A model generated the notes under the pieces. That model worked only from the letters and a program-made list of their open reading frames with translations, had not been told where the DNA came from and did no database searches. From positions 13,454,001 to 13,518,000 of the forward strand of contig OX597815.1 of NCBI GenBank assembly GCA_951406725.2: DNA of 64,000 nt, written 5' to 3'. Positions within the stretch are counted from its first letter, which is position 1, and each line of letters opens with the position of its first letter. Source of the stretch: Octopus vulgaris (taxonomy: Eukaryota). Made by a program: the position numbers and the translations under genes. Positions 50,978 through 64,000 of the stretch are shown here, piece after piece.

Positions 50978-51084
50978 ATTTCATTCCATATCAGTTTAAG
51001 GTTCGTAAACATATAATTCTTCACTTCGTTATTCGAATTGGAAAAGTTGTCTTTCGGTGTAATAATTCACCTTAACATCGTTCT

Positions 51085-51480
51085 GAGAAAGAGAGAGAGA
51101 GCGAGAGAGAGAGAGGGAGAGAGAGAGAGATATTGGGACATCCTTCGGTCACGATACAAACCATGGGATTACACCTTGAACCTTACCCTCCCAGGTTCAG
51201 GTTCAAATCCAGGCAAGGTTGTTTATGAAAGCCCAGCAGTCGTCCATGCATACCGGCCTCCAATCTCCATGTCACCAGTGTTATCCAAAGGAAAGGCAAA
51301 GGTCGATACAGCGTGGCACATGTGATGTTGCAAGTCATTTCTACTGCTGAGTGAACTGGAGCAACTTGAAATAAAGAGTCTTGCTCAAGAACACAACACG
51401 CAACTCGGTCCGGGATTCGAGCTCACGACCTCACGATCGTAAGCTCAACGCTCTAGCCACTGAACCATGCGCCTTCACTG
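51085..51480 (-). mobile_element. SINE family C-related element with a longer, different tail ending in (TC)n
   Basis: tRNA-like head, cttgagcaagactcttt core, and a 10-bp duplication acatcgttct at 51075 and 51481. Confidence 0.85.
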
Positions 51481-51709
51481 ACATCGTTCTACAACATTTA
51501 TTATTATTGCTTCCGCGTAGTACTGATTGGCAGTTCACAATTACATTATCTTGTTTAGTAGTAATAATAGCATCCTTCACACAATTATTTCAACAAAACG
51601 TTGCTTGTCCAACCACTGTCTAAGGAAAAGATTATCAAAACTGATCTAGTTACTTCTTCTCAAACTTTCATCCGCTTATGCAGTGGAAGCATAACCAATT
51701 GAAAGATAG

Positions 51710-53895
51710 CACTGGTCTTCAGAGAAAATGAGGCAAACATAAAAATAGTTGTTCTAGCATAATTTTGGGATGATGATTTCTGATACAAGACCAGTTTTCA
51801 CTCATCACCTCCAGTTTTTGAGATATACATTATTATGATTTTGCGAAAATTCACCACATACATATATATATATATGTATATGATCAATTTTTCTTTTCTT
51901 TTCCACATTTTTGTAATACATATGATACATATCTCTACAATAGCTTCAGATACTTTAGAACATCAATGATACCTCAACAAGGTAAATTCATTCTGCTACG
52001 TGTGTGGGGATTTCACGACAGTTGCACAGCGCCGAACAATTACTTCTATTTTGGAAACTGCTTACTTTCAATATTTCGACTGTAAAATTAGGGATCAGGA
52101 ATAATCCTGGACCCCACACATCTGTTGTAAACCCTGCAACAATGAACTACTACATGGTTTAACGGTAGGAAATCAGCCTTCAACTTTGCTGTTCCGATGG
52201 TCTGGAGAGAGTCACGAAGACAAGCAGATGATTGTTATTTTTGTATAACGAATATAACAGATTTCAATGCGGCTTCTATAAAAAAGATCAAGTTTTCCAG
52301 CCTTCCCTCAGCTATAATACCTGTTCCCAACTCAGATGATTTTTGGGCCTACACTCCCAGCAAAGAAGGATCTTCTTCCTACATCAGATGAAGAAATGCT
52401 TTCAGTGAAGATTTTTGCCAAGTTGTTCTCTTCAGAAGAGAACGTCTCTGTTTATTCAGGAGCAAGTGGCAATGAACCCCCTCCGCAGATCATGCAGGAT
52501 GGCCTGAATGACCTTGCCATTATTTGTATCAGTAAGCAGTGTAATCTGGTCATGGCAGATGTAAGGATCACCAGTTTCAGGATACGGAACAAGGACTTCG
52601 TTTCATTCTTCGACATGGAAAACAGGTTGTACTGCTGCATAAATGTTCACCTTCCTTGGTTTCCGATACAATTCCGCAGGTTGGATTCTTTTCATAGACT
52701 ATTCCAAGCGAAGTGTGAAAGCAACACTCCTGCAGAATGGGAATAAATACCACCAGCAACCTATTGCCTACTCGGTCCATCGGAAGGAATCGTATGATAA
52801 TATGAAACTCTTTTTGGAAACTGTCATATACAACCAGTACCAGTGGAGTTTCTGCGGGGATCTCAAGGCCATTGGTCACAAGCGGGCTTCACAAACTATT
52901 GATGATTTTCCTCTCTCTGGGACAGTCGGGCCGTGTCCAAGCATTACAGGCAGAAGGATTGGGGGTGGGGATCTAGGAGCATGTTGTGCCTTGTGAACAC
53001 AGTGTCCAAAATAACCATCTGGTGGGCACGGAGAAGGTGCTTCCTCCTCCTCTGCATATCAAGCATAGATTAATGAAGAATTTTGTAAAGGCCATGGACG
53101 AAAATGGTGCTACCTTCCAACATTTATGTACTCTGTTCCCAGCTTTTAGTTCTGCTAAGCTCAAGGAGGGCATCTCCGTCGGTCCGCAGATCCGAGAGGT
53201 GCTGAAGGATGAGAAATTTCAACAGCTTCTTACATTAAAGGAACTGAGAGCATGGGAATATTTGATGCCAGTCTGGCACGGCTTGCTTGGTAACACATGG
53301 AAACTAGATTACCAAGTATATATCGAGAAGTTATTACAGTCTTATAAGGATATGGGATGCCGAATGCCACTCTAAATCCACTTTCTCCACTCCCTCCTCA
53401 ACTCCCCCACCGAAGCTCGGAGCAGTGAGTGATGAGCATAGAGAAAGGTTATACCAAAATATTGCTAAGATGGAGAGCAACTACCAAGGCAATTTGAATT
53501 CCAGCAAGATATAGAAATTTTGCAAGATGCTCTTGCGTGACATCCCGCAGGCAAAGTACAAAAGATCGCGGAAAAAAACTCACTTCTAACTGTCTGCTTT
53601 ACTATGATTTTTGGATATTGTATTAGCAAAGTAGCATATTTCCGTCAATGTTCCGTATCTATCTATGTTTTCTTTTTTGTAATATGCTTTTGTAACAGAT
53701 TAAATAACCACATTACATTTTGAGTTTATATGCAGCATAATTAAAAAGAGATATGAGAAAGCAGAAACAAAATCCAGAGGTGATAAAGGAAAACTGTTCA
53801 GAAAATTGAATTGACATCATCAAAATTAGTAAGAAAAACACATATTCACATTCCGGCCTGAAGCCCCACCACAAACAGAAAATTGTAAACTAGTG
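51710..53895 (+). mobile_element. Full-span decayed Chapaev3 (CMC superfamily) DNA transposon
   Basis: TAG|CACTGGT...ACTAGTG|TAG with subterminal inverted blocks (51761-51820 / 53768-53830). Transposase words FCYVCG, WTPHICC, PMVWRE..DCYFC, LFIDYSKRSVKATLL, CGDLK, LPPPLHIK..LMKNFVKAMD, GPQIR and VSDEH. Confidence 0.9.
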
Positions 53896-54009
53896 TAGTT
53901 AACAATGGAAGATTATGTTCCCATTTATTCACGTGAAATAGAGTAAGAGGTATTGTACTCTCACTACAGGCAGCATACGGAAACCTAGCGGTAAATTGTT
54001 AGTGATTCT

Positions 54010-54058
54010 CAAAGATAGTTTCAAGACAGATAGTTTCAAGGCAGATAGTTTCAAGACA
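54010..54058 (+). repeat. 15-bp tandem repeat, about 3 copies
   Basis: (agatagtttcaagRc) x3. Confidence 0.9.
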
Positions 54059-57000
54059 ATAAGAGCTAGCATTTTTTATATCAACCCTTATCACTTACAA
54101 TATTTATATCATTTGTCCACTGGGATTTTAAATATTATTCGATTTATTCTCAACACAAAATATATAACTAGTAAAATCTAAATCGCTTCTTTACGATATG
54201 TAGAACAGTCGCCGCTTGATCAATGCACAATTTCCCACCAGTTTATTTTCGCTCTTCAGCAGAAAATGTTCCAATCAAATTACGACTAATTAGGATTTCG
54301 ATACGCCATTCAGTGCATTTATTATTATTTTTTTTTTATGAACTACATATTATATCTCAGTTGCATTATTTCCCTTTGCTCGTATATTATTTTAAAGGAT
54401 TTACTATAGGCCACGTTTCTTCGTAGTTCTTTCCAAATCTAAAAGCTTTCGAAACGTGATCAAACAGGCTTGCATAGAATACGACAAAGCCCAGTATGCA
54501 CTGCTGAAAAGCTCATTTGCGATTACAGCATCCAATTCAGTATGCTACTGCAGAACATTTGTTGTGTTTTCCGTTGAGATTTTATATTAATATTTTCATG
54601 AAATAAATTCTTAAAATCATTAAAATTGTACCCTTTCACACTATGAACTCTAGATTTTCGTTCACCAGCGAAAAGGGAAATTTCAACCCATTCGCAAATG
54701 TTATGCGTATCTTATTCAGGATATTCCCAATAAAATTATTAATCAACATTCGTGTCATTTCTTCAGTAGAATTAATTTGCTTTCTTTATTTGATTTGATA
54801 TGCATATGTTGGAACCTAGAGAAACTTTAGGTAGCTAATATCGTTAAAACAATACGTCTAAGAGGTTTACACGTAGATGTGAACATCTCTTCAAAACTAG
54901 CTACTTATGTAGTACATCAACACCTATCTTCCAACAGTTTCGCGAAATATGCAACACCTACCTCATTGTTTGCATCCCTTACATTACGAAATGTAGGTGC
55001 AACGAGATTCTTTTTTCCGCTAAAGGCATTTTACTCTACTGTAAACAGCACTATCAACCTCTCCAGTGTCGAATATCTTGTCATGGTAATGGAAACTGTC
55101 CGGTCCTCCCGATTAGGTCATATAGAAAATATTCTATTCAATATTAGTAATAAATACAACCTTCTTTGGCTAAAACGCCTCTCAGTGGGAATTTCAGCCA
55201 TTCTTTTGGGTCAATTACCAGAAGTAATAAAATTGAAGTTGGCTGTATTATACTCACAAAGTTTGTTCTTACTTGCTTCTATAACGACTAAGAATGACGT
55301 CGCTCCATAGAAACACTCGAAATATAATGAAACTTAATTGCTCTTGTTTGAAGCGACTGCAACGTGAACACTTTAATGTGATAAGTCAAAAGTATTTCGT
55401 CAACGAATGTGTGGATGCAATGTTGTCTTCTGATCAGTGTGTATTTGTGTTTGTGTCGAAAGAAGGAAATAATTTTGGCTGCTATTATTAAAGCGAACAT
55501 TTAAGCTAAGCAGAGAGAATTTGTCGGAAAGTATTTTTGTAACAATCTATCGTAAACATTATTTCAAGTTGGCGATGTTTCAACGGATAACGGATTAACA
55601 CCTTGACAACAGATTCATAATATGTGTTATTACATCGTTGCTTATGCATAACATGGTGAGTTCATGGCTGATATTAGTAAAATAATATCTCTCATTGGAC
55701 GCACACACAAATATTTACTCTTACTATATCTCTCAGTGAAATTTTCATTCCGTCTATTTATTTCCCTCAGAAATATTTTAGTTTCTTTTATGTACATGTC
55801 ACTGTATATCGAACTGTTCATTAGCGATGCTGAGACATTTCTGAAAGGATTTTCTACTGATTAACCAAAGCACTGGATATTCTAACACCTCATCACTTAT
55901 TTAATTTCATAATGAAGAATATTACGTCATTGATACATAATTTCCGGAGGAATTTTATAAAGGAGTCCCGCAAAAGAAAACAAAAATGTTGCGATACTTA
56001 AGAACTAATGTTTTAAAAAACACTACGTATAACATTTTTATTTTGAGGTGGGATTAGATTTTATTGCAACAAACTCGTTTTCTGTTATGATGATCAAATA
56101 ATAATTGGATGTCAACTGACCAATTCAAACTAAGTTTTACTAAACCTCATATTTGATAAAAAAGAAAACGTGAAACTAAGAAGTGTTTCTTTTAAGAAAA
56201 AGAGATCTGTGGACACCCCTGTAAGATTTTCCTGTCTTGTTATGTATGGAAACATCGTGATTCGAAACGTGTAGAATTTACGTAATCTGCATACTGTAAT
56301 TTTTCCTTATGCATTTCATGAAGTCGCTAATGTTTTGATGGAAGGAGAATATTGACGACCTCGCTCAGCCCCCTTTCTCCTACTATATCGTATATTCTCT
56401 TTCTAACATATCTTATTAAAAGAGGTAATTGGCGAGGAACAGAAGTGGAGAGGGGGAGGTTACTGCAGATATCTAACCGGGAATCTGCATGGAAAGATTT
56501 TGGTAGTTTAAAAGTCAAGTTCTAGCAATGAAATCAGTTAGTGTGTTCCTCGAGTAGTGATGTAGCAGAATGCAATAGGTTTGATATGCCTCAAGTGAGG
56601 GAACAATGGAAAGTCCCTAAAATCATCTTTCCATTTATTTATGCTCGGTAAAGAGAACGACCTGATGACACAATACTGCGGTCGGCTAAATAGAATTATA
56701 TCTATACGTAAAAAAACCCCTCAACAAACAAGAACAGCATAGAGGAATGTAACACTGTACAGCAACCAGAATAGCCAGCAACGAGGCACATCTCTGATAA
56801 AAATGGGAAGTGACACTACAATAATGAAAAATAACAATATGTTCACGGAATTATCCTGAAATCAAAATAGATAAGATTTCACTAATTATTTTGGAGCAGC
56901 CGAGCAGAAAACAAAACCTCGGAATTTGGCTTTGTAAATCACAATCGAAACATGACATTTCTCAATACCCGTCTAAACCACATGTTGACAAGCCTAAAAC

Positions 57001-58257
57001 AATCGCTTTACTCGTCAGGGCTAACGCATATAGGACGAGTTGCCGTAATGAGGTAAAAGAGGTATTCTTCATCCAGATGATATCGAATAATCCGCCTCAC
57101 TCTTCTTCTGTATGGTGATTCGATGTCCCCTAGTAACACCATGGAACAAAGTCATCGATCATGATGGTACACGGAAGCAATGTTCAATCACAATGTTTAG
57201 TTTAATTATGAGAGAAGGAAACCTTGAACGGTAATCTAATTCTTAAATATATATACATATTACCTTTCCCGGATAAGTAATATTTTCATAAAAAAATATC
57301 TTTATCATACACCTACAAAATTATCTATATATTTTATATAAATCGCTGAGATATCACTAACATATTTTTTCAACCAAAACCCTATATTCTTAGCATTGGA
57401 ACAACAAAATCGTCATCGAACAAGGTCTTTTTAAGATATTTTAAATCTCCAGGCTCCGTCAATAAGCTACAGCTCAAACATGATCTTCTAAGATGTCAGT
57501 CTTCTATCACTTTCGAAATAAATAAAGATGTCAGAGTTGCTATGTACAACTGTCAAGGCATACCTCCGTTCAATAATTCTAAAATATTTTTACAAGTGCA
57601 AACATTAGCCTTTTCATCCTCTTTATTAATGCTATCTGCCTGGAAACTATGCAAATTCAGATCTCTCGGTTCTGATATACCCGAAGCTGGACGAATTTCA
57701 AAATAAACCAGAAAACAATATTTCCAGCTGTGTGTATTTTTTTGTTTCGGGCACCAAATTATTTGCTACAATCAGTCGCCAAGATTAGAAAATATTATTC
57801 TCAAATTTTCTTCCATTATATCAGGATAGCGCATGAAGAATTTCACAATGTAACGTAAGATTTAACACAGATGTCTTGGAACCACAATTACCTGAGCCTC
57901 ATATTTCATAAAAGCTAATGCTCAGCTACATGAGACTCAGATTTCATAAGAGCTAGTGATCAGCTCCCCAGCTCACCCAGTGCGCTATATCAACGTTCAT
58001 ACCTGATCTGTTAAAATACAAGAAATTTTAAATGGTTCCCGTCTATCTGACTTCGAAAATATCACTCTTGCTTAGGTTTGGTCAGCCTTTAGTGGTGTCA
58101 ATATAACAAAGAACATTTACACTCGAAAGAGAAACGGAATCTGTCGAATTACTACGGCTCAGTAGCCATGCTAGAGAACAAAAAAATGATGATACTAGAA
58201 TTGGTCATATACGTAATGAGTTTCCTGTCAAGTCTTTAATATATTGATACTCGGTTC

Positions 58258-58450
58258 CATGAAGCTGACAGAATCGCTAGAGCGCCGGGTACAATGCTTA
58301 GCGGTGTCTCGTCTATCTTTACGTTCTGAGTTCAAATTCTACCGTGGTCGACTTTGCCTTCCATCTGTGCGGGTGTTTCAAATAAGTACCAACTGGGTAC
58401 TGAACTCACTTCCCTGAGATTGCTGCCATTTTGCTAAGATTTCAAAATGA
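58258..58450 (+). mobile_element. SINE family A, decayed
   Basis: acgttctgagttcaaattctaccgtggtcgactttgcctt. Confidence 0.85.
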
Positions 58451-58759
58451 TATTTTGTCTCATCCCACTTAAATATATATCATTAACGCATCTCTGTCAT
58501 TCTCTACAATCTATAGCGTAAGCCTTCAAGGAAAATATTATTTACACAGGAATGTTTGCTGTATATAGTCACATAATTAGATTACTCCATATTTATTTCA
58601 TTATTATTTGTATTCCCGAGAAAGATGGTTATTCATTTGAAAATATGGGTATGATATTACTGCTTTTAGTAAACGGAAAACGTACCAAGAGAATGCCCTG
58701 AAAACATACAAATTAGTAAAGACTTTCTCAGCTTTTGCAGTGCAATATTCTGCAATGAG

Positions 58760-58835
<76 letters not shown>

Positions 58836-59763
58836 TAAGTCTAACCTCATAATGATTGACAATTTTATCAATATCAACAATATTTGTTTAGATTTCAGGC
58901 ACCTACATGCTTTAATATAAAATTTTCTATTTATATAGTATTTCTAACAGCCAGAGATACGTATCCTTTGTAATCATAAATAGAATTGATTTTGAAAAGG
59001 TTACCAAAGAGTAAAATTTTGCAGTGACATATGTAACAAGAAATTATAGGTTCTTGCCAATGACTAGTAGGAAAGCTGCTTATATTCTTATATCCTGTAT
59101 TGAAATCAATAAGCGTATCACATACAATGGCATAGGTGATACTATTTTAACCTTTTGGCTAAATAGTTATCTTCAGACATTTTAAAGTAGAATACAGTGG
59201 AAGAAGTAAATATATGCACGCTTCTGTTTATACGATAGAAGGCAATGTTAAACTAAGCGATAGCCTAGTTGTCCATGTCTAAGTCAAAGCGTCCAGTTCA
59301 TGTGGCGTGAGATGTGAGGCGTTTAAAGAGACGTGTACTTGCTCTTCGTATGAAAGTGAGAAATTACTAAAAGGTTGTGCTGTCATTATGGTTGTTTGTC
59401 AGTAACACAAATTAGCCACATTTTTCTTTTTCTAGATACATCTTTATATGTGTCAAGAGAGAATATACAACTCCTTCTTAAAACCAAATCTTAAATACGT
59501 TTTAAAGAAATAATCACCGTCATTAAATTGCTGCTCCATGCAACCTATGTCAGGAGTAGAATATGATGAGTCGTACCTTTCTCAAATAACAGTCTACTCT
59601 ACTTAAATGATGTTAATATTCACTGGAAAATATAGTTTCGAAACTGTAAGCAATGCACGCACGTCTATGGTTAACATCATGCAAAGCTACAAGAAATTTG
59701 CGATCTAGCGTTAGTTTTGCTCTCCGCTTCTGGACACACACACACATCGATATAACGGTAAAA

Positions 59764-59939
59764 GTCTGACGTTACGTTCTGAGTTCAAATTCCGCCGAGG
59801 TCGACTTTGCCTTTCATCCTTTCGGGGTCGATAAATTAAGTAGCAGTTACGCACTGGGGTCGATGTAATCGACTTAATCCGTTTGTCTGTCCTTGTTTGT
59901 CCCCTCTGTGTTTAGCCCTTTGTGGGTAATAAAGAAATA
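59764..59939 (+). mobile_element. Young headless SINE family A unit with a perfect 15-bp target-site duplication
   Basis: gatataacggtaaaa at 59749 and 59940. Confidence 0.95.
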
Positions 59940-60893
59940 GATATAACGGTAAAACTTACTGCAGGAGACTAGACATATTCAAGTTCAATGCAACAAACCT
60001 CTAGGTATTAGCATTATTACATTGCTTAGGTGAAGAATAAAAAAAAATGTGTTCATTTTCAATAATAATTCCATATTCTGCTAAACAGATGAGGAAGTTT
60101 TCTACTTGATAGTCAGACAAATTACTAGAAATAACATCTAAGTCACCCCTCCATGCTTTAGATAGGCAAGGCTATAACCGATAATTCAGTAACCTATTTG
60201 GATTTTTTTCAATATAATTGAATCAAAAGCTAGTAAAATGTCGATTATAATGTCCACTCGAATAAGTTTTGGACAAGAGTTAACCACCGCCACCAACACC
60301 ACTACTGCTAAGTAGAAGAACAACTACAAGAGCCAACCATATAGAGCCCATCACTTATGTGATTTGAAACACACCTGATATACATACTGACCGCAAATCA
60401 AATAATGACCGACATATGACTTATAAGCTAATGGGATATTATGAATTTTGACACACAGTCAAATGTTATTGACCCGTTTGAAATTATTACTAGTAATCAA
60501 TCCTTTGTATTCTGATTCCCACTTCGGGAATAAACGCGAAGTGATTCACTGAAAGCCTATATATCATATTTCAAAGTATATATACTTGTTTGCCACACAG
60601 ATGTACGATGCGCTACTAGATTTATTTTTCTGGCTTTCTTCTCTGTTAATCAATGATCTATGTAAACGGATGTACAAAATGTATGTAATTATATGAATGT
60701 GTATATAAGATTTGGTGTTGTGATTTTTGCAAACAACATCAGTGAAATCATGTACAAGTATACATACACATATCTAGATATCTATATAAGTGTATATGTA
60801 TATGTGTACATTTGCAGACACAACCAGGCATAAATGTCTATATATATATATATATTTCAATTAACACACACACACTCACACGCATACACACAC

Positions 60894-60929
<36 letters not shown>

Positions 60930-60959
60930 AATATTTTTACTTGTTTCAGTCATTAGGCT

Positions 60960-61680
60960 GCGCCCACCTACATACATATTTATACATACATGCATATATG
61001 GGTACAGGGCATCACAAGACGTTGAACACAATGAGAAACGAAAACATAAAAGCAAAAACATAGAAACTAATGTTTTTCAAACAAGGAGACACAGAACACA
61101 GAATATTTCCCTTTTTCAGTTGTCCCTGTATCGTCTACTCTGCATTCCGAAGGTAAGGACAAGACGCGACTTCGTTGGAGCAGTCCTTCCCGCAAACCAA
61201 ATTAAATATAATTTCGGATTTTTTTTGCGGAGGGTAAAAATGGTAACAAGAACAGGACAGTAAGAACAAAACAAGACTGTAAAAACAATAAAAAAGTAAA
61301 AACAGTAAAAGACAGAACAATGAGAATAAAACAGTAAAAACAAACGATGAGGGCTGTTAAGCCAAGACAATGGAAAAAATTATTTTGAACGCTTAAGGAG
61401 ACAGTGTATGAAAGAGACAGAATAAGCTGCTCTGGTCTTGGTGAAGATAGCAGTTGGAAAGACGGCTTCATTCTGATCGCGTGTCAATGACGAGAGAATC
61501 GAGGAAGAGGAGGAGGAGAGGAGAAGAAGGAGTAAGAGAGAGGGAATGGTGAAAGGGAGAAGAGAAGAATATAGAAGCGTGGGAGAGAAAACCAGAAAGG
61601 ATGAAAATCAACAGAAGGAGATAGATAGACAGAAAAGAAATAGTAAGGGAGAAGAGTGTGCTTTGTAATTATTAAGATAA
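60960..61680 (-). mobile_element. Family E copy C
   Basis: Reverse-colinear with 8658-9460; structured motif at about 61085-61235. Confidence 0.8.
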
Positions 61681-61778
61681 AACTTTTTGTGAAAAGGATA
61701 CGTGGCGTTCGATCATATAATAATATAAATAATATATATGTGTGTATGTAGGTGTGTTTTTGTATATATCTATATCTA

Positions 61779-61830
<52 letters not shown>

Positions 61831-61973
61831 CATATGTATTTATGCATATATGTAATCATACATACATATATGAAGTAAGTTTTTGAAGTGATGTACAGAT
61901 ATTGTATATTTAGAACAATAAGGTAGTGAGAATTTGGGATGATTATATATATTTTTATTTACATTTTATTTAT

Positions 61974-62018
61974 CCATTTCAAGCGCTTTCTTCTGTTATA
62001 AAATTTATCAAAAAGTGG
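61974..62018 (-). ncRNA. Hammerhead-like motif with U3-A8 core
   Basis: Minus strand reads CCAcUUU UUGAUAA a UUUU auaac AGAA GAAA GCGC UU GAAaUGG. Confidence 0.6.
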
Positions 62019-62354
62019 TTTACAGTTAGATTTCTTGGCCTTTTTAGATATAAAAAATTGTGGGGTTTTCCACACAAGGGATAAGAAAGTCGATAAAAGT
62101 TTGAGAAGGAGTGGGAGGTATAGGGGCGTGCTTTCGTATTGGTATGTTCAGACTTGTTTGTCCAATACTAAGTGAAATTTTGAGGATGATGAAGGAAAAC
62201 ATATTTTGTTATTTGAATTGCTGAAGGGTTGTAATTGAAAAACAAGATGTTGTTTTCTACTTTCTACAGTAAAAATTATAATTGTGATGAATGATTTCTA
62301 GGGCACTTATGTGACACTTAGCTACTTTGTAATTATTCCCCTGGATTTTTCCCA

Positions 62355-62440
<86 letters not shown>

Positions 62441-63808
62441 ATCCAAACAAGAAAACACAGAAAAAAAGAGAAAAAAAGGGAAAAAAGCACGGCAACGCAG
62501 TACGTGGAACAATTAAAGTATTATTGACCTGCATATATGCATACATGTATATTTGCACATATATATACATACATATATACATATATATGTATGCATGTAT
62601 ATACATATGCATATATTTACCACCTAGTCTTGCTTTTGACACATACACTCAAACACACAGTCACATATACATAAATATGTAGACACACTTTTCCATAAAC
62701 TCTTCCCATACAATTTTATTGACCAACCATCTGGCCTATTTGATATGCGCGCATAGACACATACTCTGTGACACAGGACCATACAGCTACCCTTCACATA
62801 CGAGGCACAACTGACACATGCATTTTGAGTGGCCATAACGCATATGTTCTTCACGAATTAACCTTCAACCCCCGTCATTTCTACACGTATATACACATAG
62901 CGACGTTAAATCTTCTCATATTCTCATATACACACGTACAGAGAGAAGCCCTCTCAGAAGCACCATCACACATACATGCTGTTATACTTCGGCAATCGTT
63001 TGCTTTGTTTGCCATCTTTGACACACCCATTTCTCCTTCCTACTTCTTCCAGTCATTTGTGCTTGACCCGTTCTAACTCATTAGGCTATCACAGCACACA
63101 CTCATGCTACTTATACTTTCCTGGTCTTTGAGTCCCATCTTTGAAAAGTAAACATATTTGCTCGTACCATGTATGCAAAGGGTTACTTTTACACATCCAT
63201 CGTTTTACACATCATGCACCTACGTGACTTCGTTGTCCTTTTTCACCATGCATCGGAGACACAACCATCTTCATATCTCTGCAAATTTCTCTAATATTTT
63301 ATCAGTTTCGTATTATCGGATTTATCATCTCTAAATTAAACTGCCTCATACTATTTTCACTTTCGAATTTTAGCCAGTGCCGTCTTAAAGCATATGCACA
63401 CTGGGCAGTTTCCTGGAGTCCTCATGCGTTTAGGGGCTTCAGTTTTTATCTACGTATACTGAGGTTTGCTATCGATAAATACTATAGGGCGTAGTACAGT
63501 AGGTTTCTCAAGGACTTACAATACCGTTGTGATAGCCCAAAGCTTAGCATAAATATTCACTCTATGTTTTAAAGATGCAAGCGCGTAAATTGCTTTCCCA
63601 TTAGAACTTGTTTCTTTTTTCTAATATTTATGCATACATAAATAATATCCTCCCCTGTGCTCTTGCCGTCATAAGTGCTTCGTCAGCACATGTGTATTAC
63701 TGTATTCCCGACACAGATACATTTTCTGTCATTCTCACATCCAGCGGCCCCAACTCCAGTTAATGCAACCACATTTCTACGCTTCCTCACAACTATACTT
63801 ACGTGTGT

Positions 63809-63945
63809 TAGGGCGCGTGGCTTAGTGGCTAAGCTATTCAGTACCCGATCCTAAGGACGTGCGTTCGATTCTCGGCAATGCATTGTATCTTAGAGCTAGA
63901 TGCTTTATTTCTCGCTGCTCCAGTCTACTCAGTGGTGAAACATCA
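63809..63945 (+). mobile_element. SINE family C, decayed
   Basis: ggcgcgtggcttagtgg..gttcgattc..tttatttc..gctccagtctactcag. Confidence 0.75.
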
Positions 63946-64000
63946 GCTGTAGTTCAAGGGGAATACCTTGTTACATTTTTTCAATCTGAATTTTCTGAGA

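Noticed and set aside
54879-55310. 143-aa ORF as a host gene
   Set aside because: No recognisable domain or splice context; may be antisense to an unrecognisably decayed LINE.

Overview
AT-rich, microsatellite-dense eukaryotic DNA with no recognisable intact host gene. The repeat content resembles cephalopod (Octopus-like) genomes, which is an inference from recalled repeat families. Almost all listed ORFs are artefacts of (TA)n, (CA)n, (GA)n or (ATT)n runs. The window is mostly transposon relics: two RLE-type (R4/Dong-like) retrotransposon 3' ends beside (TAA)n arrays, a full-span decayed mariner, a near-intact 5'-truncated CR1-group LINE plus an older relative, two RTE remnants, a full-span decayed Chapaev3 transposon with a TAG duplication, a non-autonomous Helitron, and about 20 copies of four tRNA-derived SINE families. 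Four signals stand out. (i) Mostly TA-adjacent, Penelope-pLTR-like elements carry eight minimal type I hammerhead motifs, three with a compensatory U3-A8 core. (ii) A related family in three copies carries, at the equivalent position, an unnamed RNA motif with covarying crossing helices and split hammerhead-like words. (iii) A near-perfect 593-bp inverted repeat has outward-facing hammerheads. (iv) A 760-bp fold-back element carries four copies of a 16-bp palindromic site. All structures and alignments were read by eye and none is experimentally shown.
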